Below are positions 1 to 13,210 of a DNA stretch of 64,000 nt, piece after piece. Positions within the stretch are counted from its first letter, which is position 1. Each line of letters opens with the position of its first letter. This stretch comes from Octopus vulgaris (taxonomy: Eukaryota): NCBI GenBank assembly GCA_951406725.2, contig OX597822.1, positions 109,368,001-109,432,000 on the forward strand, in the 5' to 3' direction. Both the position numbers and the translations under genes were made by a program. The notes below the pieces were generated by a model, which saw only the letters and a list, made by a program, of their open reading frames with translations, searched no databases and was not told the origin of the DNA.

Positions 1-30
1 ATCATCTCCTACGTTTATTCCCGCATTCTC

Positions 31-143
31 CTTCTTCTTCTTCTTCTTCTTCTTCTTCTTCTTCTTCTTCTTCTTCTTCTTCTTCTTCTTCTTCTTCTTC
101 TTCTTCTTCTTCTTCTTCTTCTTCTTCTTCTTCTTCTTCTTCA

Positions 144-227
<84 letters not shown>

Positions 228-256
228 CATTATTATTATTATTATTATTATTATTT
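31..256. repeat. (CTT)n followed by (ATT)n microsatellite
   Basis: Directly visible perfect trinucleotide runs. Confidence 0.97.
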
Positions 257-543
<287 letters not shown>

Positions 544-1238
544 ATCAACCACTAAATATATTTCCTTCTTTGTTCGATGGAAAAGTCCGAAGCCTACTTT
601 AGAGTAGTTTATGCTTTTTTATAATATATATTTTTTTCACAATAAAGTCCATCGTGCTATTATTCATGATGATAATCACAATACCAAAGAACAGTGACTT
701 AAATGAAAGACAACCTGTAGCAAAGGAAAAAAAAAAAACAATCTGTAATTATAGGAGAACGGTGAGACATCAATATATTCATGAGAAACTGCATCTTCAG
801 AATATTACCTTCTGGGTATACAGTTCTCCAGAAACACCACCATGTCTTTCATAAAACAAAAACATAAATAATTCACTGAAAGCTTTATATTACTCTGGTG
901 TTTTTTTCTTTCTTTCTTTGCTTCTTCTTTCTCTTTTTAATTCTTACATTCGAGACATTATAAGAGTCTGAAGTATTGAATAAATATTGAAATACAAGCA
1001 ACTTATGCATATCTAATTGGACATGGTAATTAGCAGAATAATGCCATGGGCAGCCATTTTCGAAGGCGGGGAATAACGACACAGCAAAAATAGTTATAGC
1101 AACCATAATAATGTTAGTAGTATCAAGATGGAACAAAGCATTAAAGCATCAGTGTTACTTATACAGATAGCAATTAGAATAACCGTGTCGTCGACAAAAG
1201 CACGAAGGAAAAGAAAAAAAATATTTATATCCTGAATC

Positions 1239-1634
<396 letters not shown>

Positions 1635-2484
1635 GTATAACGTCGCTGATGTCGAGAACGAATATCACAGGAGAATAAAGAAGCCAATTCCGAAGCGTTG
1701 CTTATCATGTCATTAAAACGAAATTTATTACCTCATCAGTATTCACAGCAGTCTGAAAATATTCTAATCTTCATACACACACACATATATACACTGGCAC
1801 TCAGGCACACACACACACACACACATACTCAGACATAAACTCATACTTTCGGATTTTTATCTAATTTTGACTCTCTTAATTCCTACCGCATTCTGAAGTC
1901 CTGTTCCCTCAATGGTTAACTCGTTGATGTCATGCCTTAATCAAATGAGACTACATATCTTGATAGAAAACATAATAGTAACTTTGATGTCGATGCAGAT
2001 TGTCACTCTTCATATTTTATCAACTCGTAAATGGGTTATTATATCTAGAAAAATGTCTCGCTTTCAGATATAAGTATGTGCTTTATTGTGCTGCGATGAA
2101 ACATTTTAGTGTAATAAAGTGAAAATAAAAAAAGATTATCTAGTTACAAACATAAAAAAATGGTTTATTGAAACGCCTACATTGTTCATAGATATGGACA
2201 ATAATTTCAGCTGCAGTAAAATAATTAAAAAATACATGGCAATATATTCAATTGCTGAAAGTCCAGTATATTCTAGCTGTATATTTATTAATGTCACAGA
2301 AAAGGGTCGAACTGCATATCATAGAGAAATAATATTAAGTTATAGCTTGGAGTATTTGAACGTAAATTTCTAGTATAAAATTCCTACAAGTTTCATATTA
2401 GCATTTCAACCCAATATATTCGTAGTTTTAAGAGTGTGAAAAATTCTTGACTCGAGGAAAATATCTTCTCCTAAATATGCAGGA

Positions 2485-2568
<84 letters not shown>

Positions 2569-2721
2569 TATATAGGCAAAACCTCTCAATATTTCAGCAG
2601 ACATTCTGTACAATATATTCTATATATTTCTGCCTGAATTATGAAGGAATCAGGGAACCCACAAAAAATAATCAACAAAATTTACAAATGAAATAAAATT
2701 TAATAAATTATATCCACCAGA

Positions 2722-3078
2722 ATGGCTAGCCATCAAAACTCCAGGCAAAATTGGTCTGATAATGAAATCGACATTCTAATAAACACATGGCCAAACGGAA
2801 AACATAGGTGCTTCGTGTGTCTGAACGAAATTGCTAAACGGACAGTTCACCTTTTGAAAACTCGATCTGGACAGGAGATTCAAAATATATTAAAGCAAAT
2901 CGAAGTTGCTTCTAAATTAATAAATAAAGACTTGGATAAACTGGGATGTGTTTTCTCTTCGAACGCATCACTGGAACAGCAACAACAAAACAACAACTTC
3001 AGCGACAACAACAACAACAACAACAACAACAACAGTATGAACCACTCCTTCAATCACATACAATGGCCGATTTGCTAA
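2722..3078 (+). CDS. ORF with Myb/SANT-like (trihelix) N-terminus, probably transposon-borne
   Basis: RQNWSDNEIDILINTW...LNEIAKR...RSGQEIQNILKQI resembles the W-x3-E-x3-LI-x2-W ... IA ... R(S/T)-x2-(Q/E) pattern; followed by Q/N/T/S/P low complexity; block 2575-3577 is bounded by (TA)n. Confidence 0.4.
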   Translation: MASHQNSRQNWSDNEIDILINTWPNGKHRCFVCLNEIAKRTVHLLKTRSGQEIQNILKQIEVASKLINKDLDKLGCVFSSNASLEQQQQNNNFSDNNNNNNNNNSMNHSFNHIQWPIC

Positions 3079-3302
3079 ACGAAACGATTGACCCCCACCG
3101 CAGTTACCAGGGTCTCCCAGCAGGAAGTACCACCCCTTCCTTTCTCTGCCTCAGTAGCTCAATCATCACCACTGTCAACATCATCTACCCTGCCTTCCTC
3201 TACTAGTGCTACAACCACTATCAATCCAAATATATATATGTCTACGGCTATGTCATGGAATCCACCTCCATATCAACATCTCCTCTGCCTACTACTAATA
3301 TT

Positions 3303-3356
<54 letters not shown>

Positions 3357-3579
3357 CTCTACTGCTGCCTCAAGGAATCTACCTCCTACTACTAGTTCAA
3401 GAACTCTACCTCCCACAGGTCACAAAGGTCGCCAAAACCTCAGCAAACTATCATCTACACCTCTCACAACTAACACGCACTTACGCACCCACTCAAAACC
3501 CCATCATTTGCCGCTATTCCCTTGGCTATAGATTATGCACTGATAGAGACTGAAAATCCACCCATTTACCATTTACATG

Positions 3580-3623
<44 letters not shown>

Positions 3624-3730
3624 TATGTATGTATATATATATATGGCGGTGCCCCAGCATGGCCACAGCTCATTAGCTGAAACTGGAAAAATCAAAAATC
3701 AAATCATACATATATATATATATCTTTATG

Positions 3731-3806
<76 letters not shown>

Positions 3807-3808
<2 letters not shown>

Positions 3809-4212
3809 CGCAGGAGTGGCTGTGTGGTAAGTAGCCTGTCTACCAACCACATGGTTCCGGGTTCAGTCCCACTGCGTGGCATCTTGGGCAAGTGTCTTCT
3901 GCTATAGCCTCGGGCCGACCAAAGCCTTGTGAGTGGATTTGGTAGACGGAAACTGAAAGAAGCCTGTCGTATATATGTATATGTGTGTATATGTTTGTGT
4001 GTCTGTGTCTGTCCCCCCCTAGCATTGCTTGACAACCGATGCTGGCGTGTTTACGTCCCCGTCACTTAGCGGTTCGGCAAAAGAGACCGATAGAATAAGT
4101 ACTGGGCTTACAAAGAATAAGTCCCGGGGTCGATTTGCTCGACTAAAGGCGGTGCTCCAGCATGGCCGCGGTCAAATGACTGAAACAAGTAAAAGAGTAA
4201 AAGAGTAAAGAG
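3807..4212 (+). mobile_element. tRNA-derived SINE, family A (full length)
   Basis: Head ggcgcaggagtggctgtgtggtaag...ggttcagtccc (A/B-box like), internal TG tract, tail (gtaaaaga)n; near-identical copies at 19651, 23845, 54476, 57645. Confidence 0.9.
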
Positions 4213-4276
4213 TATATATATATATATATGTATATATATATGTATATATATATGTATATATGTATATGTATGTATG

Positions 4277-4310
<34 letters not shown>

Positions 4311-4417
4311 TGCATGTATGTATGTATTTAGCTCAGCAGAATATGATTGACAAATGTCTTGTGATTGAAATGTGATTGAATATATATACATACACACACA
4401 CGCACACACACACACAC

Positions 4418-4535
<118 letters not shown>

Positions 4536-4599
4536 GGATTTTCTGAGAAGCTGAATCCCCATGTCCTTACTCCAAGACACCTAGGAAAAAGACAAGGAC

Positions 4600-5210
4600 C
4601 TGTTATAACCCACATTTAACCTAAAGTCTTCTATGAACATAACCAGGTGTTTCCTGTCCTTAATAGATAAACATTACGCCCGGGTGCATATGTATTGGAA
4701 CGTATTGAAGACTAATAATGTCAATATAAACTGCACCTACTTATACAACATCGGAGCTAACATCGTCGCATGTAAAGACGTAAAAGCGCATCCACAGTCC
4801 TCCAACCCCTCTACCTGCATTACAGAAGGATCCTGCCTTGCATGGGTCGTATTATAAAGAGCCACCCTTTTAACATCCGGTTGCCTTACTAGGCACTGTA
4901 CGTTCATATCAGACAACGACTTGTTCACTAGTTTTTCCCAGCACTTGTACTCATTTAGATCCACGGACAGAGATGACTCCATTTCCCTGTCGAGATGACT
5001 CCATTTCCCTGTCGTGACCTCCGAGATGAAACGCCAAGCATCAAGTGGACTATTATCTATAGGGTGTCACCATATTCTCCCGATGCCCTTAATTGCCACC
5101 TGTGCCTCCGAAAAAACAGCATATAATCTCACAATCCGCAAATATCAATGAACCAGAAACATGAGGTTTCTTACAGCTGTCAGCAGAGTTACACATTTCT
5201 GGTTAATTCA
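4600..5210 (+). pseudogene. Penelope-like element relic: post-RT linker plus C-terminal GIY-YIG endonuclease
   Basis: Translates as [23 protein letters not shown]...CITEGSCLAWVVL*RAT...IKWTIIYRVSPYSPDALNCHLCL...MNQKHEVSYSC. This fits the PLE pattern NPPF..N+.+.FL.LIDKHF / C...G.CL...VVY+AT / I.W.I / CxLCL.EK / LN.R.E...C. Stops and frameshifts present. Confidence 0.72.
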
Positions 5211-6419
5211 AGCCAATCTAACGGTTTTTTGTGCGCTTCTTAAATGGCTTATAAACACCTTCCACGCCGCAATTGTTTTCGTTCCAGCACACGATCTCAG
5301 ATCAAGTCACTCGCTATGCAAGTACATCTAGGTACAGATTCTACAACTGCTTGAATTCTGTGTGTACATTTAACTACTAGATTGCTAACATTTATCAATG
5401 GTCTCTCTCATTATGGTGATGAGTCATTCTCTAATAATATTGTCTGCGTTATTGACGTTTATGCTAGTTATTGCGCAGAACATTATTGTTTTAAAATGAA
5501 TTACTACAAAACTACCAGAAACGACTGCAATCAGTGTGAGTATTCGCTATTACAACAACTCCAACAATATGACAATTGTCCTTCCTCTCTTGGCTGTTTA
5601 GAGAGGAAGAAAATTATAGCAAAGGAAGAAATGAAGCGGTTAATGAGTAAGAAGTGGAATGTTGGAGGAATTAGGCGTCTTTCATCCGATTCAGTGAAAA
5701 TACGGTAAGAACTTCAGTAGTATAGACTAGTTTAAATGTATATCCGTATTAATAATTAATACCTTCTACATTCTATAGAAGCTTACAATAATTAAGGTAA
5801 TAAACAATAGATGACTAAACGCAATGCACTTTATAGTTTAACAATACACTGGTGAATTACAGGAGTAAATTTGATGTATAATGCATAGAAATTTAACAAC
5901 AGAGCATCGAGGAGACCAGAGTAGAACTAAATAATTTCGTCGTCAACTTGCAGTCATAAAATATTTACACATCTTGAATAATTCGACTGAATAAGATCAG
6001 AGGCTCTGCATGTTAGCAAGTGGGTGTTATATTAAACAGTTTAATTAAAAGCTATTTTAGAGTAGAATTACTTGAATATCGACTTAGATAAGTTTGATTG
6101 ATTATATTCACTCATTGTCCTTCCTATAAAAGAATACGCGTCATAGTATAGCCGTGTTTCCTTAAGTGGGTTTTCATAACATTGTATTATATTTTCATGT
6201 ATTTTTCTTTTAAATATGTGTCAACTGAAGCATGAAGTCTTGAAACATAAGAGATTAAAAATATAATAAAAAGTAGATACAAAAATGCTTTCACAACAAA
6301 TTAGATTCAGAGCTTTTTTCTGAATACCATGATAAAATAAATATATATGACTGAGAGTTATAGCAGACTTACTTTTCTTTCTCTCATTGCCATTTTACTT
6401 CTTGTAGGGCAAGTGTGCA

Positions 6420-6487
<68 letters not shown>

Positions 6488-7062
6488 CTAAAATAGTGAG
6501 TGGGAGCAAACGATTAGTCAAAGCAGAACAAGGACATTTGATTTTAATCTAAAAATTTGGCTACATAACGAATGGTAAAAATAGTACAAAACTGGTAAAG
6601 ATAGAGGGTGACAGCTCTTTCTGGGAGATCCCAGCTAATGGAGCATCATATCGAGCGATGACTATATTAGTTGGGTATCTCGTTGTCATAGAAACCTAGG
6701 CTAGAATGCTGCTCATTAATGATATGTATTGTGCTTTATTTTCCCCAAGAGGGTGGTGGGGTCCAATTAAATCCAGATGGATTGGGGTTTCTTTAGGTAA
6801 ATTCATGATCAGAACGTGTGGTTAAGTGGTACACTATTTTGAGAAGAAGTAAAATTTATGCAGTACTCCATACTGAGAGAAAATAAAAGTGAATGATAGC
6901 AGATCTAGCATTATGCATGCAATAAAGACACACGAAGTATATTTATTCCAGAGGGAGAATGAATGTTCACAGTTTCAATTTAAACAGCAAAGTGTATAAT
7001 TCCAAAAAAGAAAGACGTGTTCAACTCTGAAAAGTAATGTAAAACTTTCAGCCTACATATAT

Positions 7063-8880
7063 CCGGTGTCGGGTTCTTCGTTGCCTCCACGGGCCGGAAA
7101 GAGTATTATTGACGGATAGTGGGCCGGACGAAGGCCATATAATAATAATTTTGGAAAATCACAGAAGCTAAAATTAAATCATAAGTTTTAACTATACTTA
7201 ACAATAATTTGTATTAACCGTAGATGACTGTAGTAATGGAAAAAACGTCATCAATTCAATTTAAGACATCGTTGGATCCATTTGTTAAATAATCTTTAAA
7301 ATACACACACTACGGTGTCCCAGCATGACCGCGCCCTCAAGGGTGAAACATATTAATGAATACAAGAAAACATTAAAGGGAACATTAGGGCGAAAAGCCA
7401 AAAAATTAAGGGGAAGTTTGATGATTTTAGTCCCTTGAATGCTTCTCAAAATTAGATTTTAAACTTGTCGATGCCAAGAGCACAATGTTGTCAAGATGAT
7501 TATCAGTTAATCTTGTTCTAAAATTGTTCTTAGTTTGCTTTAATTTGGAACATATTTTTTTCTTTACTGCCCACCAGGAGTTAAACATAGAGGGGACAAA
7601 CAAGGATAGACAAACGGAGTAAGTCGATTACATATACCCCATTGCGTAACTGGTATTTTAATTTATCGACCCCGAAAGGATGAAAAGCAAAGTCGATCTC
7701 GGCGGAATTTGAACTCACAACGTAACGACAGACGAATCACATATTTCTTTATTACCCACAAGGGGCTAAACACAGAGAGGACAAACAAGGACAGACATAG
7801 GTATTAAACCGATTACATCGAACCCAGTGCGTAACTGATACTTATTTAAACGATCCCGAAATGATGAAAAGCAAAGTCGACCTCGGCGGAATTTGAACTC
7901 AGAACGTAATGGCAGGCGAAATACCGCTACGCATTTCGCCCGGCGTGCTAACGTTGCTGCCAGCTCGCTGCCTTCATTTGGAAAATAATTGCTCACACAG
8001 TGATAAGTACTTCCAAAGAAAGGCGGCATTATTTTTGCATGATTCACTAAATTGGTATACTTCCCACTTGGAAAACTATATTTTGCATAGACTTCAAGCG
8101 ATGAAGTTTAGATGTCAATGGGTCGTCACTGTGCATATCAATCAAATCCATTAAAAAAATATTCTCCACATCAGATGTTGTAGCAAACAGTTTACACATA
8201 TTTGTATGCAGACGAAAGTCAGCAAAACGAGATGCAAATTCATTCCGCAAATCATGGATTATACTCGCAAAACCCTTTGAATCCTGTTTTCCTTCCTTCA
8301 AATTGATGGAAAACGCGCATAGGTTTTTACAAAGGTAACACTATGGTGATACATGTCATTTATGAGCTGAGTTTTATTTTGACGTTGTAAATTTAAGTAA
8401 TTTAAATGAGTCACAATATCTGCAATAATTGCCAAATTTGAAAGCCAATCAGGATCTCGAAAATGTGAACTAACCCCAGGTTTGCTTTTGATAAATATTG
8501 CCAACTCTTAGTGTAAGGCAAGCACACTTTTTAACATTGATCCTCGACTAAGCCTGCATATATCGCAGAAATAAGCAATGCCATCATATTCCGCCTCAGT
8601 ATCCAGCAAAAACTTTAAATTGACGATAATTTAATACACGAAATAGGATTAGATTCACGGCCTTCATAACAATATCCATAATATTCTTAAATTTTAAAAT
8701 CTTGGCACAAAATGTCTCTTTATGGATAAGTTTATGTGCGATTCCAAGGCTTTCTACATATTCTTGCAGTAGTGCAAAAAGCCTTTAATGTGTGTCCTAC
8801 CATCAGTTGTAATGCCAATTAGCTTCGAAAAATCAAACTTCATATCTCAGAGATTTATTATTGATTGTTTACACTTTTTC
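7063..8880 (-). pseudogene. hAT (Charlie/SPIN, GTF2IRD2/EPM2AIP1-like) transposase relic
   Basis: DPDWLSNLAIIADIVTHLNYLNLQRQ, FASRFADF, FGSTYHC, KNNFRTRLTDNHLD motifs; GC-rich gggccgg terminal motifs near 7063-7135; interrupted by SINEs. Confidence 0.8.
7553..7975 (-). mobile_element. Two tandem family B tRNA-SINEs (Nin/Deu-like core) inserted in the hAT relic
   Basis: Core gtcgactttgc(c/t)tttcatcctttcggggtcgataaa..agtaccag on minus; atttggaa on both sides as possible TSD. Confidence 0.88.
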
Positions 8881-9097
8881 GAGATCAGTGACTTTTCGGA
8901 TCCGTGTGTATCATGTCAGGTTGGAGAGGGAAGCAATGGCTCTCGTTTGCAAATACATATAGGGCACAGAAAGCGTGTCAGTAGCAAGCTGGAGGATGTG
9001 TGTTCCTGGGGTTACAAGCTACTGTAGCATCCAACCTTAACGGTTAGCCACATTTAAGTCGCAAATATACTTCACGATATATATATATATATATATA

Positions 9098-9273
9098 TTT
9101 CGGAATGGTCATATTGCCAGTTTATAAAAACACACGCACTATATATTTGGTGTTATTTTGCTTCAGTGATATTTATTATTTACATTAATCTTAATCTTAT
9201 TTCGGCCAAAGTTCTTTCGTCACACTCCTGTGACCCATCACATAAAAAAATCTTGCACAACAAATATTTAAAC

Positions 9274-9275
<2 letters not shown>
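9098..9275 (-). mobile_element. Short (TA)n-embedded element with decayed hammerhead remnant
   Basis: Minus 9241-9208: GTGATGG-gtcaca-ggag-tgtgac-GAAA-gaac-TT; perfect stem II, mutated 5' core. Confidence 0.4.
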
Positions 9276-9357
<82 letters not shown>

Positions 9358-9824
9358 GTATATATATATATATATACGTATATATATATATATATATGTA
9401 TATATATTCATATATACATATATTTGAGCAGGTACATAATTCATATTTCTGACTCATTCTTTCAGATTCCCTTAGTAATCATGCTGCATTTAAAAAAAAA
9501 ACAATTTATCATATATAATTCTATACGTGTTATGTGGTTGTAGATATAACCACAATCTAATCAATTTGGTAGTAGATGTATCTCCAAAATCATCTCCACA
9601 TATCGTTATAGGAATTATAAATTGCTTTTTCTATATCTGCATAGAAAAGAAAGTGGTTTGATTCATACATCGTATGCTAAACTTAGGTAAAAATGATACT
9701 TTTAAACGTATTGGAATTTATACTTTATTTGGCACATGAAATAATTATATAGATAAATAGGTGTGTGAAACAAACAAAAGAAAAACATGAACTCAAGTAG
9801 AATCTTAATGCATATTAAGATGTA

Positions 9825-10104
9825 CGCTTATGATGTTGTGGGCGAGAATGAGATCACCACAGCGGCGGCGTTTTTCAAGAGAATAAAGGTCGAGCGTCCT
9901 CAGCCTTTCTTCGTAGGACAAATTTTTGAGACCATGAACCATGCGGGTAGCCAGCCTCTGGACTCTTTCGAGATGCTGTATGTCTTTGAGGAGATAAGGA
10001 GAAGAGGCTTGAATCCCATACTCCAATATGGGTCTCACCAGCGTGACATAGAGTGGTAGGAATATGGCTGCTGTGAGCATTCCGAATGACCGTCGAATCA
10101 AAAA
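9825..10104 (-). mobile_element. Inverted duplicate of the internal CR1 segment 10204-10483
   Basis: 280-bp reverse complement with one mismatch seen (RRRC vs RRRR in the ORF track). Confidence 0.93.
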
Positions 10105-10780
10105 AGGACCGATCAGGTAAAGGACCTAGGTATCTTGGTGGATTCCTCTTTTTCGCCTTCGGCCCAGTGCGTCCATGCTGCCAACAAAGCGCGCGGAATT
10201 CTGTTTTTGATTCGACGGTCATTCGGAATGCTCACAGCAGCCATATTCCTACCACTCTATGTCACGCTGGTGAGACCCATATTGGAGTATGGGATTCAAG
10301 CCTCTTCTCCTTATCTCCTCAAAGACATACAGCATCTCGAAAGAGTCCAGAGGCTGGCTACCCGCATGGTTCATGGTCTCAAAAATTTGTCCTACGAAGA
10401 AAGGCTGAGGACGCTCGACCTTTATTCTCTTGAAAAACGCCGCCGCCGTGGTGATCTCATTCTCGCCCACAACATCATAAGCGGGAAGTGTAACCTCTCG
10501 AAAGAGCTGTTCTTCACTCCTGCTCCGGAGCGTCGGCTGCGGGGTCATTCCGAAAAGCTCTACCTGCGACGATTTCATCTCAATCGAAGGAGAGGAGCTT
10601 TCTCCGTCCGGGTTGCGGATCCGTGGAACAAGCTGCCAGACGAGATGGTGAAGATGCCGACGACCTCTTTGTTCAAAGCCTCCCTGGACCTCAAGTGGCC
10701 TGAACTCTTTACATGAACACCACCCTGTACTTAACTCCATGTCCCCCTACATGGCCTTGCTATTTGCTTTTGAGCCAAAT

Positions 10781-10812
<32 letters not shown>
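10105..10812 (+). mobile_element. 5'-truncated CR1-clade LINE (RT C-terminus, 3' UTR, (TAAC)n tail)
   Basis: KDLGILVD...YVTLVRPILEY...LERVQRLAT...SYEERL..L.LYSLEKRR.RGDLI...RGHSEKL...FSVRV..WNKLP; open frame to stop at 10716; tandem tail. Confidence 0.93.
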
Positions 10813-10897
10813 ATATACTTCCCAGTTACATGCGTATTTATGTGTGTCTATATGTAACTTTTGAAGCACATTCATAAAAGTTCAAAACAACATGTAT

Positions 10898-10950
<53 letters not shown>

Positions 10951-10954
<4 letters not shown>

Positions 10955-11160
10955 ATCCAATCGAGGAAACAAAAACAAAAAAAAAAACAACAACGCAAGG
11001 ACGTGGAACAAATAAAGTATTATTGGAGGCTCAGGAAAGAAGGGAAGAAGGAGGGTTTGACATTTCGAGCGGATCTCTTCGTCGGTAACATAGGAGAAGG
11101 AAAGATCCCGAGAAGGGAAGACAGGGGAAAAAATTCGCTAGAGATACAGACGAGGTCACA
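10951..11160 (-). mobile_element. (TA)n-anchored short element with hammerhead-like motif (family H1)
   Basis: Reverse-complement relative of 47441-47606 and 60745-60838; 3' end ggattaac abuts (TA)n; motif at 11055-11089. Confidence 0.75.
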
Positions 11161-11816
11161 TACTAAAAGACATATAATATTTACTGTATGTATGTATATA
11201 TATTTACACACACACACACGCACACACACACACATCTAATATAATGTGTGTGACTATGCGCGTATACGTGTATGAGTGTCGTGTGTGAGTGTTTGTGTGT
11301 GTGTGTGTGTGTGTGTGTCATTCGCTCGGCAACAAACAGCATATTTCGCAATCGTATATCACATATTTTATAGGAAAAAATAGAAATCGCAGAAATAGTT
11401 GGGTAAATGTTAGTTTAAGTGTTCTATTTTTAGTATTGAGTAAGGTACAGCTGTCTCAAATTAACAAACTATATCCTGTCGTTTAGTAGACTGGACAGCG
11501 TTGTAGGCTGCGAAACTGGTGCGTTTAACTGACGTGAGTTACGTTAAAAGTTTTCACGATGAATATTCTTCCTGTTCCGGCAGGTTTAAGCAGTGTCTTC
11601 TTTTTTTATTTTTTTTCTTCGAAGTTCATTGAAATATTCACCACCTTAACACACAAAACTCGACCGGATTAAATATGGTTAGAATGCACAGATGTGACGA
11701 GTGTATTTCGAACATTCTTGTTGAAAAATTATACATACAGACTCGCACATGCATATAAACGCACGGCTATATGCAAATACATGTGTGCGTGTGCATATGG
11801 ATATATATATATATAT

Positions 11817-12075
11817 ATCAGCGTGATCACCGTGACCAACCAGGCTATCAGATGTTGCTACACATCGTTGGTCACAATGCGCTTCGCGGTGTTTAAGCCT
11901 TCAAATGACGTCACCCCGCTGGCTAAGCGAGTAGGCCAACAGAGGAAGGAGTGAGAGAAAGTGGCGAAACAGTACAGCAGGGTTCGCCACCACCCCTGCC
12001 GGAGATTCGTGGAGCTTTAGGTGTATTCGCTCAATAAACACTTACATCACCCGGTCTGGGATTCGAAACCGCGAT
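11817..12075 (-). mobile_element. tRNA-SINE family D, 5'-truncated, tail type 1
   Basis: B-box-like ggtttcgaatccc; body shared with 12852-13210. Confidence 0.75.
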
Positions 12076-12851
12076 GTACATATATATATAATTAAATAAA
12101 CTGGAGTCAGCAAGAAGGCGTACAGTGAGACAGTTATTTAATAAGCACTACACGTGTTTCGATGCAACATCGATTGAGAAGAAAGGACATTTATATATTA
12201 AGCAATTTTCATGAGGATAAGAACCAGAACAGTATTGGTGCTCTCTGTTAGGAGATTTATAGACCTGAAGCATTTCGTCCAGATCCACGCGTCGTCGAAA
12301 TACCTCACCGACGTACTAGAAAATGCAGCCTAATATCAAGGAAAAGACGACTGAATATAGCTGAGATTGAAAAGTTTGAATAAAAATAATATTATAGTGT
12401 CCAACGAAATCTACTAGTGTTATCCCCCTTATTAACTTGGGCAACACAACTAGAATGAAAGTTATCGAGTATACAAGAATAGGGACCTAACTTTCGTCTT
12501 ATTAGTAATTTAGCAAGAGGCCAGAGAAACAGAGAATAGGTTTGAAAAAGTAACAGAAAACGAAAGTGAGTGGTGGAAGAATGACTATTCAAGTAAGGTT
12601 TGGAAATTACTTAAATTATACATACATTAGTTTTCATATATATTCAGCCCTCGTTTTATCTACTGAGTCAAAATACATAGCTGCTTTATTACATATTGCA
12701 TTATGTATCAACTTATTGTGCTATTTAATATTTCGTCGTTTGGAAGCCTTTCATTTATTTCGCCAACTAAACAAAGTTTACTTAAAACAATTAGTAGCTG
12801 TGGCTGAGGTTGTTGAAATGTTTGTAGTTGCTGCTTGTTTGTTTGTTTGTT

Positions 12852-13210
12852 GAGCGAAGCGGTCTTCGTCCCAGAGCTCGCGCCTCTGTAGTGGGAGAAA
12901 TCCGAAACGTGGTCCTTTGCTATTCGTAAGACCCGTAGAAGAGAAAGCACGTCAACCCCTGATACCGAGAGCATCGACGGATGGATGAATGCGAATCCAT
13001 GCTCAGAGGTTGCGTAGGAAGTCGGGGACAAGAAACAGGAAGAAAGAGTGAGAGAAATATGGGGTGAAAGAGTACAACAGGGGTCGCCACCACCCCCTGC
13101 CAGAGCATCGTGGAGCTTTAGGTGTTTTCGCTCAATAAACACACACAACACCCGGTCTGGGAATCGAAACCGCGATTCCGCTGTCATAACCACTGGGCCG
13201 TTGCGCCTCC
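12852..13210 (-). mobile_element. tRNA-SINE family D, tail type 2
   Basis: Head ggaggcgcaacggcccagtggtta...ggtttcgattccc; (AAAC)n tail; flanks share tgtagttgctgct (TSD-like). Confidence 0.8.

Noticed and set aside
1700-1745. Minus-strand CTGATGA near (TA)n
   Set aside because: No matching stem II, GAAA or stem III found.
3807-3875. tRNA genes at SINE heads (also 13140-13210, 45737, 59575-59648)
   Set aside because: A/B-box-like motifs only; no full cloverleaf seen, and each continues into a SINE body.
5410-5465. GTGATGA-gtca...tgac downstream of the PLE relic
   Set aside because: Followed by GTTT rather than GAAA; no stem I.
9787-10740. Overlapping antisense and alternate-frame ORFs around the CR1
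   Set aside because: By-products of the inverted duplication and of the CR1 opposite strand.
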